A stretch of 64,000 nucleotides of DNA from Candidatus Hadarchaeota archaeon (GTDB taxonomy: Archaea > CAYQAE01 > CAYVLA01), in assembly GCA_964452145.1 (NCBI GenBank), contig CAYVLA010000001.1, positions 32,001-96,000 on the forward strand, written 5' to 3'. The notes beneath the pieces are model-generated. The model ran no database searches. It saw only the letters and a program-made list of their open reading frames with translations, and had not been told where the DNA came from. How positions within the stretch are numbered: position 1 is the first letter of the stretch; each line of letters opens with the position of its first letter. Of the stretch, positions 18,356 through 28,294 are shown one piece after another. The position numbers were made by a program, and so were the translations under genes.

Positions 18356-19390
18356 TTGTTCGGAGTCGGAATTGTCGGAGCCGGCTGGGTTGCTGGCGAA
18401 CACATCATGGCTTTCCAGCACAACCCGCATTCCAGGGTAGTGGCGATCTGCAGCAGCTCGACGGAGAGCGCAGAGGCCAAGATCAAGGAGGCCAACATCA
18501 AGGCCGACATATGCAAGAGCTACGATGAGCTGCTCAAGAGGGCCGATATCGACATCGTCTGTATCGCCACCCCCAACAATCTCCATGCCGAGGAGGTCTT
18601 GAAGGCCTCCGAGGCAGGCAAACACATGCTCATAGAGAAGCCGGCAGCCCTAGAGCTTGAAGAATTGGCCAAGATCCGGGACTCAGTCCGCTCCTCGGGC
18701 GTACGGACGGTCGTGGGATTCGTCCTCAGATGGAACCCTCTCTTCGAGACCATCAAGTCCATTGTGAACGACGGGACCATCGGCAGGATCTACTATATGG
18801 AAACGGACTACCAGCACAACATAGGTGCGTGGGCAAGAGGCTGGAAATGGTACGGCAAGAGAGACCAAAGCGGGGGGAGCCTTCTGGGCGCGGGATGCCA
18901 CGCCGTGGATGCCCTGCGTTGGTTCGCGGGCGACGGGCGTGAGAAGACCAGGGATATAACCGAGGTTCGGGCCTACTCAGGAGGATACCGCCGCCAGAAG
19001 GGGGAGATCGACTACGACGGGTTCATAGTGGCCATCATGCGAATGGGCGATGGGTTGATAGCCAAGGTCTCATCCAACTGGGACTGCGTTATGCCCTACA
19101 GATTCCCGATAGAGATCTTCGGGGACCGAGGCACGATCAAGGACAATCGCATCTACACGAGGGGGTTCCCTGGCCAAACGGATTTCGCAACGATACCGAC
19201 GATTCTGCCCGACTCGGGCGAGGTCACGCACCATCCATTCCAGCCCGAGATCGACCATCTCATCGAGTGTGTGAGGTCCGGGAGGGAGAGCCACTGCAGT
19301 CTTGAGGACTCGATCAACACCCACGAAGCCTGCATCGCCGCGAACGTGTCTGCCGAAACCGGCAGAACGATAGAGCTTCCTTTGATCTGA
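18356..19390 (+). CDS. Gfo/Idh/MocA family oxidoreductase
   Basis: GIVGAGWVA Rossmann motif, ATPNNLH, EKP, GCHAVD. Confidence 0.92.
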   Translation: MFGVGIVGAGWVAGEHIMAFQHNPHSRVVAICSSSTESAEAKIKEANIKADICKSYDELLKRADIDIVCIATPNNLHAEEVLKASEAGKHMLIEKPAALELEELAKIRDSVRSSGVRTVVGFVLRWNPLFETIKSIVNDGTIGRIYYMETDYQHNIGAWARGWKWYGKRDQSGGSLLGAGCHAVDALRWFAGDGREKTRDITEVRAYSGGYRRQKGEIDYDGFIVAIMRMGDGLIAKVSSNWDCVMPYRFPIEIFGDRGTIKDNRIYTRGFPGQTDFATIPTILPDSGEVTHHPFQPEIDHLIECVRSGRESHCSLEDSINTHEACIAANVSAETGRTIELPLI

Positions 19391-19481
19391 TCCTGCCGGA
19401 CCATCGATGCGCCAATTCGTGCTGAACCCCCCCGAGACGCTCACCGAGGATGTGTACCCTGAGAGCAATTGTGTGTTACCG

Positions 19482-20921
19482 ATGAGAACAGCGTATCTAC
19501 CGACCCTGTTGATCGTTATCGGCGGACTTGCGGTTGGCCTAGTGCAAGCTGGCGGACTCGAGATACTGGCTTTCACGGGAGAATACGATCTGCGCCTATC
19601 CCATGTGCATTCAACAGAGACGATCCAATGCCGGTTCGACTCTGAGGGGGAAATGATAGCATCCGAACGACTGTCCCCCATCTTGGGACTTGTCAACATA
19701 AGTTTCATCGCAGGAGAAAGGCCCATGGCGTGGACCTATGACGGGCAGTGCCTAGAATGGACATACGAACCTCCCCTAGAGTCCGGCCAGACCATCCTCT
19801 ACACAAGGGAATGGGACCAGGTCGTCACCCCGGATTCCAGTGGGCTTAGGGACGTCCTGATAACGGCTGCGCCGACCTCGAATGCGAGCATCGTTTTCGC
19901 AACAAAGGATGTTGACATCATAAGCTCAAGCTTGCCCCTTGGCTCAGCTCTGGATTATCATGGCAACCTGAGCAATCCACCATATGGTATCAGGTACTCC
20001 TCGAGATTCAAGCTCTACAATCTCACCTGGTTCTGTGGCGTTGAGAATCTCGGCTCCGACAGCTCCGACATCGCCCTGGACATATCCGTGCCCTGCAACA
20101 CGGAGTTCCAGCACACGATCATTGAACCGGAGGGTGACTTCACTGTGGACGATCTCGGCAATCGCAGGCTGATCTTGAACATGGTTCTCCCACCCAGGGC
20201 GTGCATAAACATCACTCTGGAGTTCTCGATCCTGGTGCAAACATGGCCTGAAGGTTGGGGTTTCGCCTCTGGTCGCATAGATCCCGAAAGGTTCTTGGGC
20301 TCCGATCCACGCTTCTGGCAGCTGGACGATCCCCGGATAAGGGCCTTCGCCTCCCAGGCTGTCGCAGGCATGACGGATGCCCGGGAGATGGCGATGGCCC
20401 TGGCCGAGGCGATCTCGGATCATCTGACCTATTCCCAGATCCCAGAGAGAAAGGGTGCCCTCTGGGCTCTCCTGAATCGAATGGGATCTTGCAGGGAGTA
20501 TGCTGACCTTTTGATCGCCTGCGCCAGATGTCAAGGCATCCCTGCCCTCTATGTCTCGGGCCTATCGGGTTCCAGCGCCAATGATTCGGCCGGGCACGCC
20601 TGGATCGCACTCTGGCTGGAAGGCATTGGCTGGGTCGGACTCGATCCGGGTTGGGGCTACACGGGCTTGCTGGATAGCGCCCGCATCGTGACCGGCTTCT
20701 GTGACCCGGAGGATGTCGACATGCTCCTTACGTATAAGGGTGGGAACACGACGATTCCTTATTGGACCATCGACTGGTCGTTCGAGGAAGTGGAAACTGC
20801 GAGGGCCAACGCCATCCTAGGAGTGGCTGACGTTACCGGTCTTCAAACATGGACTACCCTAGTTGGCCTTGCCTTCTTGCGAGAGTCCCAAAGACGAATA
20901 GGGGCATCCGTGGAAGGTTAA
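19482..20921 (+). CDS. Secreted/membrane-anchored transglutaminase-like (Cys-His-Asp) protein
   Basis: Signal-like N-terminus; GSCREYA, GHAW, WVGLDP triad motifs. Confidence 0.85.
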   Translation: MRTAYLPTLLIVIGGLAVGLVQAGGLEILAFTGEYDLRLSHVHSTETIQCRFDSEGEMIASERLSPILGLVNISFIAGERPMAWTYDGQCLEWTYEPPLESGQTILYTREWDQVVTPDSSGLRDVLITAAPTSNASIVFATKDVDIISSSLPLGSALDYHGNLSNPPYGIRYSSRFKLYNLTWFCGVENLGSDSSDIALDISVPCNTEFQHTIIEPEGDFTVDDLGNRRLILNMVLPPRACINITLEFSILVQTWPEGWGFASGRIDPERFLGSDPRFWQLDDPRIRAFASQAVAGMTDAREMAMALAEAISDHLTYSQIPERKGALWALLNRMGSCREYADLLIACARCQGIPALYVSGLSGSSANDSAGHAWIALWLEGIGWVGLDPGWGYTGLLDSARIVTGFCDPEDVDMLLTYKGGNTTIPYWTIDWSFEEVETARANAILGVADVTGLQTWTTLVGLAFLRESQRRIGASVEG

Positions 20922-20946
20922 TAGCGCTCGATCCAAGACACTCCTC

Positions 20947-21132
20947 GTGAGCGCGGCCAGGGATCGGGAGTTCCTCATGTCACTTCAAGATATCTTTGAG
21001 GAGATGAGGGACGAAGGCTGGCACTGGCCTGGGCAAAGGAAGCAGCTGGTTGCCTCCACCGCGGAGCTGCCCGAGATGGTTGTGAAGTCTTCCGTTCATC
21101 CGGCCCCCATGCAGATCGAATCGGACGCCTAG
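20947..21132 (+). CDS. Small hypothetical protein
   Basis: 61-aa ORF filling the gap between convergent genes; no motif. Confidence 0.3.
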   Translation: MSAARDREFLMSLQDIFEEMRDEGWHWPGQRKQLVASTAELPEMVVKSSVHPAPMQIESDA

Positions 21133-21216
21133 TCCCTCGCCCGAGATGGGTGGCTTCAGACAACTCCGCAGAGTACGTCTAATTAATGGCAGAAGGGGGT
21201 GTGAAGGGCCTGTCTC

Positions 21217-22191
21217 TCAGCCACTCGTTCGCCGAAGCAGAGTCCAACGGGCCAGAACGGCGATTGACAGAAGTCCCAGCGCCCAGAAGACCGCAAGGAG
21301 GGCGATCCTTCGGTTTCGTGCGGAGATCGTCTTCTGCCTTGCGAGGGAGATAAAGTGTTCCCGCGTCCTCTCTTGTTGGTCGATAGACTCTTGATAGTTT
21401 GCTGAGAACTCAGAGAATCGAGAGTTGCCCTCACTCACCCAAAGGTAGGAATCGACCAAGAGCTTGGCAAACTCGGGCTGTTCCAACAGTCTTTCGTAGT
21501 GGTTCGTTGCCGTCGGGTTGTCTCTCACGAACAATCCCGTGAAGGCCACCGAACGCCCGCCGGGATCGCCCTGGTTGGCTACGACCAGAGGCGCGCCGCT
21601 GCTCTTCTCTCTGAACAGCACGGCCTTGTTTCCCCCAGGGGGCTGCACCTCCAGTACTCCTTTCTGACGATCACCCGCGTACGCGTAGAACTGGCCCACA
21701 ATATCGAATTCGTCGGGGAGCTCCTCGCCGATTCCCCCCACTCTTGAGTCTCTGGAGTACTCGTTGACGTCCTTGCCGCCTTTCCGGGAGCCAATGCCAG
21801 TCGCGTTTCCGAAAACTGGGAACACGATTCGGGCCATATCACCCAACTGGGATTGCCACCCGCAGCCATGGAACCCGATCGCCGATCCACCTGCTTCAAA
21901 GTAGAGGGTGACAGGCTTGGCAAGGAGTTTCAAGTCGTTAGCATTCACCGAGGTCAGTACCACGCAGCGAACGTTGGGCAAGGCGAGAAGCGAGGCCAAC
22001 GCATGCGGGTCGGATACGACCATAAAGTCCTCCTCACCGGACGATGCGGAAGCCAGTATCTCCACCACACCTGCGGCCAAGCCCTTCATGGAAGCGTCGT
22101 ACACCAGAACAAGCGCCCTGAAGCCAGCCTCCACAGTGGAGGAAAACAGCAACAGCGCCACCAGTACGAAAGTGATCGTTTGGATTCTCAT
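21217..22191 (-). CDS. Secreted, C-terminally anchored protein with GATase/ThuA-like alpha/beta domain
   Basis: Signal peptide, YFEAGGSAIGFHG, GGRSVAF, helical stalk, C-terminal TM plus basic tail. Confidence 0.75.
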   Translation of the reverse strand: MRIQTITFVLVALLLFSSTVEAGFRALVLVYDASMKGLAAGVVEILASASSGEEDFMVVSDPHALASLLALPNVRCVVLTSVNANDLKLLAKPVTLYFEAGGSAIGFHGCGWQSQLGDMARIVFPVFGNATGIGSRKGGKDVNEYSRDSRVGGIGEELPDEFDIVGQFYAYAGDRQKGVLEVQPPGGNKAVLFREKSSGAPLVVANQGDPGGRSVAFTGLFVRDNPTATNHYERLLEQPEFAKLLVDSYLWVSEGNSRFSEFSANYQESIDQQERTREHFISLARQKTISARNRRIALLAVFWALGLLSIAVLARWTLLRRTSG

Positions 22192-23027
22192 CCTCTCACG
22201 CCCCTCGGCGCGATGTTGACCAGAACCAACTCAAGCCCACCATCAGCATAGGCCTGGATCAACTCCATCATGTACACATCGGGTCGCCAACTCACAATCT
22301 GGGGCAGCCCATCTGCCGGTATGTCGACTAGGAAAGATACCCCGAATCTCTCGTCCTCTCTCACCCCCTCAAAGACGAGCACCCCATCCATCGGTATCCC
22401 GGACATATCAAGTCCCGGCTTCAGCAACTTGCCCGATCTGTGATACTCTCGGCTATCTTCACTCCGGCGGATCTCCACATACTCTAGGGTCGTCAACGGG
22501 TCCATGAAGAAGCAAGGGCTTCCCTCAAAGAAGATGGCTTCGCCGGGCCGTGTCAGCAGGACAAACACGAGGGGAAGCGTTGACCTCATTGACGCGTCGG
22601 TAAATGGTTCAAGACACATGGAGAAGTCCATGATGATGGCGTCGTAGACAGTCCCGTTGATCTCGGCGTTCGTCCGGATCTCGGTTGGACGGGCGCCAAG
22701 GGCCTGAACATGATCCCTGAACCTGATGACACTCGGCAGATCCTCAAGGGACGGCGCAGCAGAGATGTTACCTTCAAAGGGCTTCTGGTATAGAGCGGAT
22801 ACCCGAATCTCCACACGGTCGAAATCCCGGCTCGCCATCAAGGCGAGAGCGAACCGGGCTTCGAGGCCGCGAGCCGCAGCCTCTTTGAGGATGGCCCCGG
22901 GGAACTCGTTTCCCAGCAGCACCAGAGCCTCCTCGGCCTTGGGAACGATCAAGGTAACAACCAGAAGGCTCGACAGTATGACGCAGGATATCATGATCGT
23001 GACCAGGCGCGGATCGACGTGAGGCAT
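22188..23027 (-). CDS. N-terminally membrane-anchored hypothetical protein
   Basis: Hydrophobic N-terminal helix; ATGA overlap with downstream gene. Confidence 0.7.
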   Translation of the reverse strand: MPHVDPRLVTIMISCVILSSLLVVTLIVPKAEEALVLLGNEFPGAILKEAAARGLEARFALALMASRDFDRVEIRVSALYQKPFEGNISAAPSLEDLPSVIRFRDHVQALGARPTEIRTNAEINGTVYDAIIMDFSMCLEPFTDASMRSTLPLVFVLLTRPGEAIFFEGSPCFFMDPLTTLEYVEIRRSEDSREYHRSGKLLKPGLDMSGIPMDGVLVFEGVREDERFGVSFLVDIPADGLPQIVSWRPDVYMMELIQAYADGGLELVLVNIAPRGVRG

Positions 23028-23042
23028 TTGCCAGAGGTCCTC

Positions 23043-24269
23043 CTATTGCTCTGCTCTCTTCAGGCGGGTCATCCGAACCTCCTCATACAGCCTGCGGCGT
23101 ATCATGAGTGTGTACACCGCGACGCCTGCAAGCAAGAAGGTTCCAGTCACCGCGGCCCACTCTATGATGTAGATATTCAGAAGTGCCTTCTTTGCCAGGA
23201 TTCTGGCGTCATCGATCGTCTTGTCCACCATAGCTATCGCTTCATCGTAGGCACCCAGTGCGTCGGAGTATTCGCCCGAGAAGTAGAGCCCATCCGCCTC
23301 AGCTCTGCGGCGGTCACACTCTCTCGCTGCCCTCTCGGCCGACGCGAGATTGCCGCCAAAGCTATCGACGATCTCGATCATGGCGCTCAGGGTCTTCCGC
23401 ATGTCGTCGTACTGTCTTAGCCTCCTCCGGAGTATGTAGACCAGGTCCACATCATCCGGGAGTCTCCTTCCAGCGGTGAACATGACGACGTTGATGCAGA
23501 AATCGGGGTAGTATTCCCAGGTCATAAAGATGGCGCCTCCTGCGGGGGTCCAGTCCGTGGTCATGGAGAAACCGCGACCATTCCCAACGTCCCACCAGAC
23601 AAGATGCGGGAGCCTGCCATAGCTAAGCGTCTCAGCCACAGCGATCAGATGGGAGGTCTGCTTGGGTACAACCTTGTGGCCCTCGCTGAAGACACCCTTG
23701 GTTCCCAGGGTCTGCCAAGGCAGGCTCTTGGCAAGCTCCGCTTCCGGATCGGATATTATCATCCTCATCGCCTGCTCGCAATACTGGTAGTCGAGCATCT
23801 GGACCGGCAGAACGTCAGCAACCGTGGTAGTGCTCCATGTTGGCTGGACCGTGCCTCTGCCCTCATAGCTTTCTGCTCCACCGATCATGATGATCCCTAG
23901 GCCCTCCTCGGTCACGGCCTCGCTCAACCAGCTGAGTTCGACCGGCCTGAACACGTCCCTGTTTGCGTCACTCAGGATGACTACATCGTAGCCGTCCCTC
24001 AGCCTGCCCGGGGACCTCGGCATGTAGTATCTGATCTGCTTCCTGATGAAATCTATCGTCGACTGGAAGGTACAGGCCTGAACCGGCGTTGCAGCGAAAC
24101 TTGGCTCCATTCGGAAGTACGGGAATGGACCCCTCATCGCGAGGGCATCTCCGAGATAGAGAACCCTTATCTTCCCCGTTGTCGGGTCGCACTTCAACTC
24201 CCTACCGCTGCAATTGGCAAGCGCGATCAGGACGACAACAAACACGAGCCGGGATATGCACTTGGCCAC
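23043..24269 (-). CDS. Secreted, C-terminally anchored protein with glutamine-amidotransferase-like domain (paralog of 14764..16029)
   Basis: YDVVILSD, GLGIIMIGGAESY, VLPV, GNGRGF; TM LLNIYIIEWAAV... and tail LMIRRRLYEEVRMTR. Confidence 0.82.
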   Translation of the reverse strand: MAKCISRLVFVVVLIALANCSGRELKCDPTTGKIRVLYLGDALAMRGPFPYFRMEPSFAATPVQACTFQSTIDFIRKQIRYYMPRSPGRLRDGYDVVILSDANRDVFRPVELSWLSEAVTEEGLGIIMIGGAESYEGRGTVQPTWSTTTVADVLPVQMLDYQYCEQAMRMIISDPEAELAKSLPWQTLGTKGVFSEGHKVVPKQTSHLIAVAETLSYGRLPHLVWWDVGNGRGFSMTTDWTPAGGAIFMTWEYYPDFCINVVMFTAGRRLPDDVDLVYILRRRLRQYDDMRKTLSAMIEIVDSFGGNLASAERAARECDRRRAEADGLYFSGEYSDALGAYDEAIAMVDKTIDDARILAKKALLNIYIIEWAAVTGTFLLAGVAVYTLMIRRRLYEEVRMTRLKRAEQ

Positions 24270-24433
24270 GCAGAGACAAAGGGCCGATGTTCCATAAATA
24301 TCCTCCCAGGTGTCTCCGTGATCGATCTCGCAGCTCGATCCGGGGGGTGGGATCCTGAGTCCCAGCGGATGCCCACGGGCGTCCTCTTAGACATTTTTCA
24401 GCTTCCCCTGAGCCGTGTATCGGGTGCATCGCT

Positions 24434-24919
24434 GTGGAGTTCGCTGAGGTTGTCCGAAGGAGAAGGAGCATCAGAAGATACAAGACCGATTCCGTGCCCC
24501 AGGCGGTCATCGAGGACATAGTTGAGGCTGGCAGGCTGGCACCCTCCGGCGGAAACAGGCAACCTTGGCATTTCGTGGTCGTCACAGACCATCAGAGGAA
24601 GAAGGAGCTTCAGATACCCGATTGGGCGGCAAGAGCGCCAGTGGTTCTGGTCGTCTGCGGGGACCCGCAGGTCTCCGATACGTGGTACGTTGTCGATCCG
24701 ACGATCGCGATGGAACACATGGTCCTCGCTGCCACAGATCACGGGCTGGGGACCTGCTGGATCGGGAGGCTCGGTCGAGACGCCCGCGTGAAGGAAGTCC
24801 TCGGCATACCCAGACACATGCACGTTGTCGCCCTGACCCCTCTCGGCTACCCTGATGAGTTTCCCCCTCCCAAACCTAGGAAGAGCCTAGAGGAAATCGT
24901 CCACTGCGAGCATTTCTGA
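24434..24919 (+). CDS. Nitroreductase family protein
   Basis: RRSIRRY, APSGGNRQPWHFVVV, GLGTCWIG, LGYP. Confidence 0.93.
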   Translation: MEFAEVVRRRRSIRRYKTDSVPQAVIEDIVEAGRLAPSGGNRQPWHFVVVTDHQRKKELQIPDWAARAPVVLVVCGDPQVSDTWYVVDPTIAMEHMVLAATDHGLGTCWIGRLGRDARVKEVLGIPRHMHVVALTPLGYPDEFPPPKPRKSLEEIVHCEHF

Positions 24920-24932
24920 GCATGATGGTTGT

Positions 24933-26258
24933 GTGTTCCCATTGCCTGAGAGATTAAGAGCCGGCACGGGAAGGGTCGATATCACCCCCCCTGTTGGGTC
25001 GGGCCTGATCGGCTATCTCCACCCGAGGATCTCCACGGGGATCCGTGACCGCCTCTATGCTACCTCGATATTCCTCTCATCGGACGGCTTCCAGCTCGCC
25101 TTGGTCTCCTGCGATCTGATCGCCCTGCCGAGGCTGTGGGTCGACGAAGCCAAGGGCGTGATCCGGCGGCAAAGCGGCTTGGGAAGGGAGCAGGTGATGG
25201 TAGCCTGCACCCACACCCACACCGGCCCGTGCACAACCAGCATATTCTCTTCCGAAGCCGACCTCGAATACCTTTCAGGCCTCCCCGAGCTGATAGCCAA
25301 ATCGGTGGCGAATGCCTGCGATACTGCCGAGCCTGCGGAATCCGCGGTCTGGACCGGTCAGGAGGATTCCCTGGTGTTCAACCGTCGCTACAGGATGACG
25401 GACGGTTCCGTCAGGACAAATCCCGGAGTGGGCAACCCCCAGGTACTGGGTCCCGCCGGGCCGATCGACCCGGCGATCTTCGCGCTGATCGTTCGAGGCC
25501 TGAAGGGCAGGAACATCGGAGCCATCTTCAACTACTCAAACCATGTGGACGTTATCGGCGGATGCCTGATCAGCTCGGATTACCCAGGCATCATGGCACG
25601 CCTGTACAGAGATCGGTTTGGCTCGCATTCGAACCTGGTCTATCTCAACGGGGCCTGCGGAGATGTCAACCACATCAATGTGAAGGGCACCGCAAACCAA
25701 AGCGGGGCGGAGGCGAGCGAACGAATGGCGAAGGTTATGTTCGAGGATCTTCAGAGAGGCATCGCCGAGGTGAAAAGATGGGAAAGACCCGAGCTCGGTG
25801 CGGTTCTGGTTCCTGTAAGACTGCCTCTGAGAAGGATTGATCAGGATGATGTAAGACGGGCAATGGAGGTACTATCCTTACCGGACCGCAGGGACAGTAA
25901 CGCCGTTTTCGCTCGGGAGCTGCTTCTGATGGCTCGCTTTCCAAGCGATCACGTCGAGACGGTGCTTCAATGCACTAGGGTGGGAAACAGCGCTCTTGTT
26001 GGCCTGCCGGGCGAAACCTTCGTGCAGATCGGCCTGGATATCAAGGCCAAATCCCCCTTCAGTCCAACCGCGGTAGTCGAGCTTGCAAACGACTACGTCG
26101 GTTACCTGCTGACTGAGAATGCCTTCCGTGAAGGGGGCTACGAAACCATGCCGGCAAGATCCAGCTGGGTGGCACCTGGAGCTGCCGCGGTCCTGCACAC
26201 CAAGGCGCTGGAGATGCTTCGCCTCCTGCGGGGAAGCCAGCTTCCTGGGGTACCATGA
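24933..26258 (+). CDS. Neutral/alkaline ceramidase-like metallohydrolase
   Basis: VDITPP, CTHTHTGP, FNRR, ISSDYPG, GACGDVN, LPGETF, GGYE. Confidence 0.85.
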   Translation: MFPLPERLRAGTGRVDITPPVGSGLIGYLHPRISTGIRDRLYATSIFLSSDGFQLALVSCDLIALPRLWVDEAKGVIRRQSGLGREQVMVACTHTHTGPCTTSIFSSEADLEYLSGLPELIAKSVANACDTAEPAESAVWTGQEDSLVFNRRYRMTDGSVRTNPGVGNPQVLGPAGPIDPAIFALIVRGLKGRNIGAIFNYSNHVDVIGGCLISSDYPGIMARLYRDRFGSHSNLVYLNGACGDVNHINVKGTANQSGAEASERMAKVMFEDLQRGIAEVKRWERPELGAVLVPVRLPLRRIDQDDVRRAMEVLSLPDRRDSNAVFARELLLMARFPSDHVETVLQCTRVGNSALVGLPGETFVQIGLDIKAKSPFSPTAVVELANDYVGYLLTENAFREGGYETMPARSSWVAPGAAAVLHTKALEMLRLLRGSQLPGVP

Positions 26259-28177
26259 TGTCCGATCGGCTCTGGCCTCTTTGGCCCACCAGACCGATGC
26301 TCGCCCAGGTTCGTAGGAACCCCTTCAAAGATCCAAACTGGGTCTTCGAGGTGAAATGGGACGGGGTGAGGTGTCTTCTGCATCTGTCGCCCAGAGGTGT
26401 CAGGCTTCAATCAAGGAACCTCAGGGACATTTCCGGCACATATCCGGAGTTGCTCGACGTTTCCTCGGCCGTGGATGCCAGATCCGCCGTTATGGACGGA
26501 GAGATCGTGGCCTTGGACAGCAGGGGGCGATCTTCCTTTCGTCTGCTGCAGAACAGGATCAACCTGAGCTCCGAACTCGACGTATCGAGGGCCGCAGCGA
26601 GGACCCCGGTGGTCTTCTATGCTTTCGATCTCCTCCATCTGGATGGCAGGACGCTGATGTCAGACCGGCTCGAGAACCGGAAATCGCAACTTGAGAGAAT
26701 ACTCCTTCCGTCGCCTAGGCTCAGATACTCCGACCACATCGACGAGGATGGCACTGCGTTCTACGAAGCCTCCAGGGAAATGGGCACGGAAGGCGTGGTG
26801 GGAAAGAGGCTTGGGAGCAGGTACCTGCCAGGGGCTAGGTCTAGTGACTGGGTTAAGATAAGGGTGGAAGAAAGGGATGACTTCGTCGTCGGGGGATGGA
26901 CTCCCGGGAAGCACGGTAGAAGCAGGTACTTCGGTTCCCTCCTTCTGGGGCAGTACAGAGGCGGCAAGCTCTGCTACGCGGGGAAGGTGGGAACAGGGTT
27001 CGACTCCGCGCTGCTTTCATCTCTCCGCAGAGAACTGGATGTGCTGGAGATCGACGAAATGCCCTTCGATCGTGACCCCGGCGAGCCTGGTTCCCACTGG
27101 GTCAGGCCCGAGCTTGTCTGCGAAGTCAGGTTCGCCGACCGTCTCGACAGAGCAATGAGGTTCCCCGTCCTCCTTGGTCTGCGACCGGACAAGAGCCCAA
27201 GGGAGGTCGTCTGCGGGCAAGCCCCATTGAAAGAGGGGATGCAGAAAAGTACAACAAGCATCGGTAGGGTGTCCTTGTCCAAACCCGACAAGCTCTTCTG
27301 GCCTCAGCGAGGATACACCAAGGCCGATCTCTTCAACTACTACCTGAGTGTGGCCGAGTACCTAATCCCACACATAAGGGACAGGCCCTTGACGTTGTAC
27401 AGACAACCCGATGGAATAGCGGGCAAGAGTTTCTTTCAGAGGAATCGACCCTCCTTTGCGCCAGAGTGGGTCAGATCAAAGGAGATTGTCGGAGAGAACG
27501 GCGCGAGGATAAACTCCATACAGTGCCGAGATTCTGAGACACTTGCCTGGCTGGTCAACATGGGTTGCATCGAGCTTCACCCATGGCTATCGAGAATGGA
27601 CGAGCCCGGCTCACCAGATTTCATCGTGTTCGACCTTGATCCAGTTCATCCGGCGGGGTTCGGCGAGGCTTGTCGCGTCGCCCTCGTTCTTCGCGACGTG
27701 CTCTTGGGCGCCGGCTTCCGTACCTATGTGAAGACCTCTGGAAAGCGTGGTTTGCACGTATACCTGCCGATCAAGCGGGGGCTCACCTATGCTCAGACCC
27801 GCTCGTTTGCTGCCGAGATCGGTGGCCACATGTCATCCAAGATGGGTGCGCTCTTCACCATGAGCCGCAGGCGCAGAGAGAAGGCAGGAAGGGTCTTCTT
27901 CGATCCTGCCCAGAATGGCTGGGGCAGGACCCTCGCCGCCCCCTACAGCGTCAGGTCGACGCCCGAGGCAACCGTTTCGACCCCGATCACCTGGGAGGAG
28001 TGTGAGACCTGCGTTGATCCCGCGACCTTCCATCTCGGCAGCATCTCCCGGCGCCTCGCAACGCTTGGCGATGTGTGGGGAGACCTCTTCAACGATGCCC
28101 AAGATGTCCATGGAATCCTAGGGTCAAGGTCATTGGACCAGGATTCGCCACCGTCCAGGGGAATTGATCGCCATTGA
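26255..28177 (+). CDS. ligD: DNA ligase D-type fusion: ATP-dependent ligase + primase-polymerase domain
   Basis: EVKWDGVR, YAFDLL, EGVVGK, WVKI, GKVGTGF; then YTKADL, FDLDP, KTSGKRGLHVY, APYSVR. Confidence 0.92.
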   Translation: MMSDRLWPLWPTRPMLAQVRRNPFKDPNWVFEVKWDGVRCLLHLSPRGVRLQSRNLRDISGTYPELLDVSSAVDARSAVMDGEIVALDSRGRSSFRLLQNRINLSSELDVSRAAARTPVVFYAFDLLHLDGRTLMSDRLENRKSQLERILLPSPRLRYSDHIDEDGTAFYEASREMGTEGVVGKRLGSRYLPGARSSDWVKIRVEERDDFVVGGWTPGKHGRSRYFGSLLLGQYRGGKLCYAGKVGTGFDSALLSSLRRELDVLEIDEMPFDRDPGEPGSHWVRPELVCEVRFADRLDRAMRFPVLLGLRPDKSPREVVCGQAPLKEGMQKSTTSIGRVSLSKPDKLFWPQRGYTKADLFNYYLSVAEYLIPHIRDRPLTLYRQPDGIAGKSFFQRNRPSFAPEWVRSKEIVGENGARINSIQCRDSETLAWLVNMGCIELHPWLSRMDEPGSPDFIVFDLDPVHPAGFGEACRVALVLRDVLLGAGFRTYVKTSGKRGLHVYLPIKRGLTYAQTRSFAAEIGGHMSSKMGALFTMSRRRREKAGRVFFDPAQNGWGRTLAAPYSVRSTPEATVSTPITWEECETCVDPATFHLGSISRRLATLGDVWGDLFNDAQDVHGILGSRSLDQDSPPSRGIDRH

Positions 28178-28294
28178 GGTCACCACACGACTGAAGGCCT
28201 GGAGCACGAGTACGCACCAGCCGCAAGCATTTCTCTGCGCGCTTGATCCATTCGGTCAGAACAATTCAAGAAGGAGCACCGCGGAGGAACAGTC

